Shown here: positions 57,638 through 64,000 of the stretch, one piece after another
Layout: the number at the start of each line of letters is the position of its first letter
Numbering within the stretch: the stretch's first letter is position 1
IMG/VR virus record: IMGVR_UViG_3300044953_000352
Coordinates: 15,240 to 79,239 of that record
DNA length: 64,000 nucleotides
DNA from: a virus
Reading direction: 5' to 3' (one strand)
Translations under genes and position numbers: made by a program
The notes under the pieces: generated by a model
The model's input: the letters and a program-made list of their open reading frames with translations, nothing else
Told to the model about the DNA's origin: nothing
The model's database searches: none

Positions 57638-60311
57638 AGAATTCTTCCTTTCCATCAGAAAATATAATATTTCTTCCACGTATAGGACGTATTCCTGCTT
57701 TGATTGTAGTAACCCAATCTCCATTTTGAATACTGTGAGAAATATCTACAATTTGGAATATAATTTCAGTTTCACTATAAGGTTTTGGTAAATTTTTAAT
57801 ACTAAAACATTGAAATGTTCGCAATACAGATATTCCCTGCAATGTAATTTCGCATGTAAAATTTGGTTGCTGTCCACCGTAAATATTTAAATTATTTTCA
57901 AAATCATCATCATTTAATATAGTGAGTAATAATGGTACACTCGGTAATACTAAATTATATACTTGATAAAATTGTTTCGCATTTGGATTTGCTCTATTGG
58001 CTTCATCACTACGAAGACTAATTAAAAACGCATCAGATTTTTTACCATATTTTTGAAGTTGTTTAATAACATCAGAAGATTCATTTAATACAGATTTAAC
58101 TACATCTGGTTTTAATTGATTTGCTCCTAAACGATCACCAAAGTAAAAATCAGGTAATTCATTCGCAGTAGCAAGTCCAGTACTTGAGTTTTTGTTATTA
58201 CTAGATCCTGCTATTACTTGGTTTGCTTGTGCCGAAGTAGGAGTACCACTGAAACTGATACTCTTTATGAAACTATCAGAATCAATGTCAAATTGAAATA
58301 CGTTTTCAAATAATTTAGTTGATATTAATTTCTTATCAATCACTCTTAAGTTTTTATCGTCTTCAATAACAGAAAAATCCCAAAATCCTCCAACAGCACC
58401 AGTAATATCGTTTAGTAATTTATTTAAAAATTCTTCAGATGTTGTTGTGTCTTTTGACGCATTAATAACAGTATTTATATTAATGTATAAATCTTTTAAA
58501 TATCCCCATTTTCCAGATTTATATCCTTTTGGATTGTCTTTATATTGTGGAAATGAATATTTTCCATTTCCATTTATACTGTTATATCTAAATCTGTTTA
58601 TATATTGATCTAAATTGTCTCTAAATATTCCATTTGAAATTGGTTCGTTTGAAGTATTCTCAACTTGTGCCAATGGCCCTTGTCCAAATGTATATCTTAA
58701 TCTATTTATTATTCCAGTATCTATTGGCTCTTTAGAAATTTTTGATTTATTATACCCTGTTTTAAACGTTTTAAATAAAATAATATCATCAAGACTTGTT
58801 TTTTTAGGGTTTGTCAATGTTTTTGAAGATGCACTTGGTCCCGTTTGCAAACTATAAGTTTGTGACTGAAATTTATTATTTCCTACATCACCTTCATAAT
58901 CTCCTACCCAATAATATGTACCTAAATTAAATTTAGGTGCTTGAGCATTTGGTATTAATAAAATATTTCCATTTGTACTTATTAAATTTCTATGTCCTCC
59001 AATAATTGTATCTCCTATATCAATTGTAAATAATTTAGATGTTTCTTCTTGATTATTTACTTGTTGTCCTTCTTTTAATGTTATTTCTTGTGTTGCAAAT
59101 AAATTATATAATTCTATTACAAATTCCATCGTTACCCAAGTATCATCAGGAGTTTCACGATCCCAATCATGTTCTTCTGGAGAATATTTATTAAAAGGAT
59201 CTGAATCTATCTTTTTTCTTGCCAAACAAATTCTATCTTCAGGATTTCCTTTATAAAATTTTTTGATTAATTCTGTATTATTAAACGATCCTTTCTTTTG
59301 TTTTTCTTCTTCAGATGGATCAAGTGCTTCGAAAAAATTCTTTTTGTCGCTGAGACATTTACTTACTTTATTTAATCGTTGTGAACAAAATTCAGAAAAA
59401 CTAGGTCTTGTTAATACTTCATTTTTTACTTTCGTTGTTTTTGGTGCTGCATTCAAAAACGCACCAGTATGATTTCTGTGCTTAGAATATATTTCAGTTT
59501 GACAATCATACGTAACTCCATCTTGAGAACTAAATTCAAAATTTGCTATAATACCAAACGTAACATCATACATTCCGTTTGAATTTAACATTCTTGTATA
59601 TAAAGGAGATCCGTCAATAAATAAACTTGTTAATTCTTGTGTATCTGTCAAATCTAATAATGATGATAAATTAAAATGATTCCATCCTACTTCAACTATA
59701 AGACTTATACCCGGAGTTAAAAAATAAGGAGTCAAATATTCTAATTGAGCAAAACTGTAACATTTCCATTTTATTGTTGCTTTACGAATACGTTCTTTTT
59801 GTATACTTGTTTCTATAGATACAATCCCCGGTGGAGGAGTTAAAATAGGAATAGTTTTTTCACTTCTTGCAGTTACGGTGTATTGAGAATTAGATGTTAA
59901 ATTTAATTTATGTGGATTTCCATTAACATCATATCCTATGGTATTAGGAGTATAAATATCAGATCCTTGTTTACTGAAATCTAAAACTCCATAAGAGGAA
60001 TCGAATCCTTGTCCTCCATATAATATAAAACCATCGTGTTTTTGTCTTTCAATTTCCTCTTGAGATAATTTATTTTGTTGAACAACATTTTTTGTTATTC
60101 CAGTACCATTACTGGTTACACGTACCCATGAAGACAGTGGACCTTTATATTGAGTCCATGTATTTACATTATCATACCAAGCATCCGTTCCACTAACATA
60201 GTTAATTCCTCTATCCAATTTTCTTCTATAAAATTCTTTTCGAATTTCATTTGGAATAGCATGAGGAACCCACGGTCTATTATCCAGACTTTCAATACTT
60301 GTTTTTGCCAT
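57627..60311 (-). CDS. Probable baseplate hub/tail protein
   Basis: 894 aa after a LysM/gp53-like gene; PPGI, ATIKWKCYS..QLE, PGISLIVEVGW; C-terminal ITLQGIS...ISHSIQNGDWVTTI resembles hub C-termini. Confidence 0.6.
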   Translation of the reverse strand: MAKTSIESLDNRPWVPHAIPNEIRKEFYRRKLDRGINYVSGTDAWYDNVNTWTQYKGPLSSWVRVTSNGTGITKNVVQQNKLSQEEIERQKHDGFILYGGQGFDSSYGVLDFSKQGSDIYTPNTIGYDVNGNPHKLNLTSNSQYTVTARSEKTIPILTPPPGIVSIETSIQKERIRKATIKWKCYSFAQLEYLTPYFLTPGISLIVEVGWNHFNLSSLLDLTDTQELTSLFIDGSPLYTRMLNSNGMYDVTFGIIANFEFSSQDGVTYDCQTEIYSKHRNHTGAFLNAAPKTTKVKNEVLTRPSFSEFCSQRLNKVSKCLSDKKNFFEALDPSEEEKQKKGSFNNTELIKKFYKGNPEDRICLARKKIDSDPFNKYSPEEHDWDRETPDDTWVTMEFVIELYNLFATQEITLKEGQQVNNQEETSKLFTIDIGDTIIGGHRNLISTNGNILLIPNAQAPKFNLGTYYWVGDYEGDVGNNKFQSQTYSLQTGPSASSKTLTNPKKTSLDDIILFKTFKTGYNKSKISKEPIDTGIINRLRYTFGQGPLAQVENTSNEPISNGIFRDNLDQYINRFRYNSINGNGKYSFPQYKDNPKGYKSGKWGYLKDLYININTVINASKDTTTSEEFLNKLLNDITGAVGGFWDFSVIEDDKNLRVIDKKLISTKLFENVFQFDIDSDSFIKSISFSGTPTSAQANQVIAGSSNNKNSSTGLATANELPDFYFGDRLGANQLKPDVVKSVLNESSDVIKQLQKYGKKSDAFLISLRSDEANRANPNAKQFYQVYNLVLPSVPLLLTILNDDDFENNLNIYGGQQPNFTCEITLQGISVLRTFQCFSIKNLPKPYSETEIIFQIVDISHSIQNGDWVTTIKAGIRPIRGRNIIFSDGKEEFYGR

Positions 60312-60316
60312 ATAAC

Positions 60317-60613
60317 TTATGAATTAATTAGTTTATAATCGTTTAAAATTTTTATTATATTTCCCGGTATTCTTAATTGAATACCAGCAGGAACACTTAA
60401 ACGACCTTTACCTATTTTATTTGCCAACGCAATAACCCACCATAAACTAACATCCTTATAGTATTTATATGCAATTGTATCCAAATACATAGTATCATTT
60501 GTAACAATATATATATCCGATACATCTTCTGGTATGTTAGGATATATAGTACTTTTATAAACACGTTTGCCATCAAAACGTTTATCAATTTCTATATTAG
60601 AATATCTATTCAT
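60317..60613 (-). CDS. LysM/gp53/tail-X-like baseplate wedge protein
   Basis: LDTIAYKYYKDVSLWWVIALAN...GIQLRIP. Confidence 0.8.
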   Translation of the reverse strand: MNRYSNIEIDKRFDGKRVYKSTIYPNIPEDVSDIYIVTNDTMYLDTIAYKYYKDVSLWWVIALANKIGKGRLSVPAGIQLRIPGNIIKILNDYKLINS

Positions 60614-60618
60614 AGTGT

Positions 60619-62907
60619 TTATTTATTAGTAACTATCAAACCTTTTGAAAAATCTCCAGCAGATACCATATTATTAAAATCAATGTCTCTATAAACATCT
60701 CCAAACTGAGATCCTCCCGTTATAGGCTTTTCTTTCTCAATAATATTTAAGCTGACATTCAACTCTGCTGTTTTTGGAAATTGTGCATACTTTCCTTTGG
60801 ATGACTTCCATACAAATTTCCCAGCTGGGAAATTCCAATCTTGATTATTATTTGTATAATTGTTTCCACCGTCTTCTCCTAACGTTTCCCATATTGCATC
60901 CTCTGGAATGGTTAATCCAATACTCGTGATTACTGCTGGTTGATTTTTATACAAATCACCAATAGTAAACTTTATTACTGGAGGAATTATAAATCTAGAA
61001 AATGTAGGGTAATTTTGATTGCCTGTATAATTTGCAGGCTTTAATAATCCGCAAAAATAATTTATTTTTTTCCAAGTTGGTAATAATTCTTTTATTGAAT
61101 TAACATGAACAGTAAAGTTAAACGATAAAGTTCGTGAAAATCCTTTATAAGTATAAAGTTTATCTGCACGACCTATATAATTTACATCACTCCATTCTCC
61201 GGTTAAACTCTCATTTAACCCTTTTAAAGTTGCTCTAAACGGAATATATTTATCATTCACAATGTCATAAAAGAAAAATGCAATTTGATCATCTCTATAA
61301 CTATCATACGGTCTTTTAGGATTACTATCTGTGATTGTTTGACTATCTAATTTACTTACGTCTAATAAATTTATTTTATCAGCTCGATTCGTTGTTGCCA
61401 TTCCTTTACCATCTGGATGATCCAATAATTGTTTTTTCAAATGGAAGTACCAATTTTGAATATAACTATCATTGTAGTTATTTGCGGTTACTCCTTTATC
61501 CTCACTAAATGGATTTTTTGTCCGAACTGTAATGTTATCAAGACCAATAAAAGATTCATTTGAAAATTGTTGTACCAATTTATCGCTCTTACTTGGTGGT
61601 TTGTATTCATATCCTGCATCTTTTATTTTATCTATTACTTTTTGTAAATTTTCTTGTATCTTTTTTACACTGTCAGTATTCTTATCAGTAAATTTACTGG
61701 CTTGTTTAACTACAGTGTGCTTTTCAATAGTTCCGCCAATAGCGGTATACTTCACATAAATACTCAAAAGATCAGAATATTCATAAGATGCAAGTCCTGC
61801 ATTATTTTTAGTTATAGGAACTATACCAACATTATCACCATACGTTTTATATCCATATTGATTTTTTTGTAATGTATATCCAACTGGAATTCCTTCATAT
61901 TGAAGTGTGGAAGGTATCGTTTGACCAAATATGTTAATTAATTTTTTAGAATCAGTAATTGAAGTCTGTTGTGTTTTCTTGATTGCTTCTGTTGGCCCAT
62001 CGTTATTACTTCCTGCTTCCCATCTTTGATAACTTTCTTTGCCCCAACTAAGTTCTGTTCCTATTGATGTATAGGATTTTAATACATCCTTTGAACCTAA
62101 CATTATTCCATAGGTTCCTTCGTCTGCTCTATATTTTGTATTTTGAGGTTGTGATTGAGGAATTAAACCACCAAAAATTCTGTTAAATCCGTCTTTAAAA
62201 TAATTACCAATGATTCCTCCACTTGGTTTGCCACCTTGCCATCTTTGTGCCAATGCTTTTGATGGTAATGTTGTAGATGCTCCACGCAACAATCCTTTAT
62301 ACGGATTATTTACCTTTTTAGCAACGTCTGATACTGCTTGCTTTCCAACCGTTGTGCTAGGTGCTTGATCAGATGCTCCAAATCCTAGTGAAGATACGAA
62401 TCCACCAATACTACTTACATCAATAAAACGAGTGGGTGTAGGAATAACGCCAAAAGATGCAATGCTGCTAACTGCTAAAACAGGTGTTAATGGATTATAA
62501 ATTTTAGTTTCATTAAATGCATTTTGTCCTTGTAAGAAAAATTGCTTTGCTAGAAATATTATTCCATCACCAGTTATCGACCACTTTGCGATACGCGCAA
62601 CATCTTGTAATGCGCTACCTAATGGTACTGATCTACTCTCATATTTTTTTAATGCATTGATACCTTTATTGGCATCGTTTGGACTTACATAAATAAAAGG
62701 TTGTCTAGGACCAAATCTTAACAATCCTGTGTATCCTGTCTTTGCAGTAAATTTATCGTATATGATGTTGCTATTTGCATCAAATAAATTTGCAAGTTCT
62801 CCCGGTTGACGCAAATCATTAAATCCACTCGGAAGTGTATAGCCATTCGCTATAATTTGTGGATTTGAAGTTACAATATCAGTTCCTATGTTATTTGAAT
62901 TTGCCAT
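60619..62907 (-). CDS. Probable baseplate/tail-tube initiator protein
   Basis: C-terminal FRA...W..VNYIGRADKLYTYKGFSRTLSFNF...PPVIKFTIGDLY...WE; lies between the tape measure and LysM genes. Confidence 0.6.
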   Translation of the reverse strand: MANSNNIGTDIVTSNPQIIANGYTLPSGFNDLRQPGELANLFDANSNIIYDKFTAKTGYTGLLRFGPRQPFIYVSPNDANKGINALKKYESRSVPLGSALQDVARIAKWSITGDGIIFLAKQFFLQGQNAFNETKIYNPLTPVLAVSSIASFGVIPTPTRFIDVSSIGGFVSSLGFGASDQAPSTTVGKQAVSDVAKKVNNPYKGLLRGASTTLPSKALAQRWQGGKPSGGIIGNYFKDGFNRIFGGLIPQSQPQNTKYRADEGTYGIMLGSKDVLKSYTSIGTELSWGKESYQRWEAGSNNDGPTEAIKKTQQTSITDSKKLINIFGQTIPSTLQYEGIPVGYTLQKNQYGYKTYGDNVGIVPITKNNAGLASYEYSDLLSIYVKYTAIGGTIEKHTVVKQASKFTDKNTDSVKKIQENLQKVIDKIKDAGYEYKPPSKSDKLVQQFSNESFIGLDNITVRTKNPFSEDKGVTANNYNDSYIQNWYFHLKKQLLDHPDGKGMATTNRADKINLLDVSKLDSQTITDSNPKRPYDSYRDDQIAFFFYDIVNDKYIPFRATLKGLNESLTGEWSDVNYIGRADKLYTYKGFSRTLSFNFTVHVNSIKELLPTWKKINYFCGLLKPANYTGNQNYPTFSRFIIPPVIKFTIGDLYKNQPAVITSIGLTIPEDAIWETLGEDGGNNYTNNNQDWNFPAGKFVWKSSKGKYAQFPKTAELNVSLNIIEKEKPITGGSQFGDVYRDIDFNNMVSAGDFSKGLIVTNK

Positions 62908-62920
62908 ATATTAATAAATA

Positions 62921-64000
62921 TTAAACTGCTCCAAGTGCGCCACGTTCTTTTTGTCCTCTAGCTAACAAATAATTTGCTCTACTACCATCAATATTTACAG
63001 CAATACCTCCGCTATTCATTAATCCAATTAATTCATCTAATTTTTTAACAACTGCATCACTTGATCCGTTTAAACCACCAGCAACTCCTGCACTCAAATT
63101 TAATGCAGCCAATGCTCCAACTTTCAACAAACTGACATTATTTATTTCTTCATTCAATTCTTTAATTGCTTGAGTTACAGCTTTAATTCCATCTACAGAA
63201 GTATTACTAAATGATTCTACACCTTTACTTATCGCATTTATCGATTCTGCTGCTAGATATAAAGCAGGTGCCATTGTTGCTAAACCTATAAGTTGTAGCA
63301 ACATTCCGCCACCTAAAAATGAAGCAATACCTGCCATTGCCATGCTTGCACCAAAGAACGCCATAGCACCTGAAAGAACATAAAATCCAGCCGCAAGAGT
63401 AAATAAATCTAAACTCATAGCTCTTTCAAATCCTTCCACAAACATTTGAAATGCTTTACCAAATCCAATAGCTGCTAATGCTAATAATGCAATAGAAGCA
63501 GCAAATGCTAACATAATACCAATAGCAGGTACAATAACAGGAGATGCAGTAGTTATCAATGTGCTCAATGCAACCAATGCTACTGTTAATACAGCTAAAC
63601 CAGCAGCAGCAATTGCCATATAATTAAATCCTGCTTGTGCTTCTGGACTACCAAATACCTTTGATGCATGTGCTAATATCAATACTGCTCCAGCAAATGC
63701 TATCATAGCAACACCAATTGCTAATAATTGAGCAGGATTTATTCCTTTTATGCTTTGTGCTAATCCTCCTCCCATTCCTCCACCAGCAGGAGCTACAGGA
63801 GCTTTTGGAGTTTTTGTTTCAATAGATTTTATTTTTGAAGTAGGAGTTTTTCCTTTGATGCTTTGCGCTAATTCTCCTCCCATTCCTCCACCAGCAGGAG
63901 CTACAGGAGCTTTTGGAGTTTTTGTTTCAATAGATTTTATTTTTGAAGTAGGAGTTTTTCCTTTGATGCTTTGCGCTAATTCTCCTCCCATTCCTCCACC
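62921..64000 (-). CDS. Tail tape measure protein, C-terminal part
   Basis: Ala/Gly-rich hydrophobic helices; KLDELI...VNIDG end; position upstream of the baseplate genes; 5' end outside the window. Confidence 0.75.
   Translation of the reverse strand, partial: GGGMGGELAQSIKGKTPTSKIKSIETKTPKAPVAPAGGGMGGELAQSIKGKTPTSKIKSIETKTPKAPVAPAGGGMGGGLAQSIKGINPAQLLAIGVAMIAFAGAVLILAHASKVFGSPEAQAGFNYMAIAAAGLAVLTVALVALSTLITTASPVIVPAIGIMLAFAASIALLALAAIGFGKAFQMFVEGFERAMSLDLFTLAAGFYVLSGAMAFFGASMAMAGIASFLGGGMLLQLIGLATMAPALYLAAESINAISKGVESFSNTSVDGIKAVTQAIKELNEEINNVSLLKVGALAALNLSAGVAGGLNGSSDAVVKKLDELIGLMNSGGIAVNIDGSRANYLLARGQKERGALGAV
63745..64000 (-). repeat. 108-bp (36-aa) tandem repeat in the tape measure gene, at least two identical copies plus a diverged partial copy
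   Basis: CATTCCTCCACC recurs at 63773, 63881 and 63989. Confidence 0.93.

Noticed and set aside
2770-61872. Numerous 60-150 aa antisense or overlapping ORFs in the track (e.g. 13892-14194, 38150-38599, 44630-44947, 45129-45473)
   Set aside because: They lie within well-supported genes and have no motifs or expression signals
1-64000. Eukaryotic giant virus (NCLDV) or bacterial chromosome origin
   Set aside because: gp32-, gp41-, gp45- and UvsX-like genes, baseplate and tape measure genes, sigma70 promoters and overlapping operons indicate a tailed phage; no cellular housekeeping genes

Overview
A 64-kb, very AT-rich, gene-dense segment of a large tailed phage (T4-like replication genes; probably a jumbo myovirus), standard genetic code. 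From left to right: (i) a mostly minus-strand cluster of glycosyltransferases and methyltransferases (1-8828); (ii) NDT-like hydrolase, HNH endonuclease, clamp loader, sliding clamp and family-B DNA polymerase (8879-14662); (iii) a ~27-kb plus-strand block (15719-42793) with a PD-(D/E)XK nuclease, a split GT4, dUTPase and a large nucleotide-sugar pathway (RfbH, RmlB, RmlC, YerE/ALS-like and E1-type ThDP enzymes, two aldolase-fold proteins, LdpA-like Fe-S protein, B12 radical SAM, HddA-like kinase, ColD-like PLP enzyme, FkbM, LhgO, several GTs); (iv) minus-strand replication and repair genes (dNMP kinase, gp62-like, UvsE, class II RNR, DnaB helicase, 5'-3' exonuclease, RecA/UvsX, gp32-like SSB, a short family-A polymerase); (v) the 3' end of a baseplate/tape-measure module. 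Main signals: a putative phage pathway for branched, 3-deoxy or higher-carbon sugars with about 14 soluble GTs; apparent avoidance of CCWGG (18/18 Pro-Gly pairs coded CCS-GG); two promoter classes (sigma70-type, often leaderless, and a TAYTTATW motif that is the reverse complement of the T4 late promoter); perfect in-frame tandem repeats in four proteins; a gene-32-like leader; and several frameshifted accessory genes that may be assembly errors. No tRNA, rRNA or CRISPR array was seen. All functional calls come from motif recognition by eye, with no database search.
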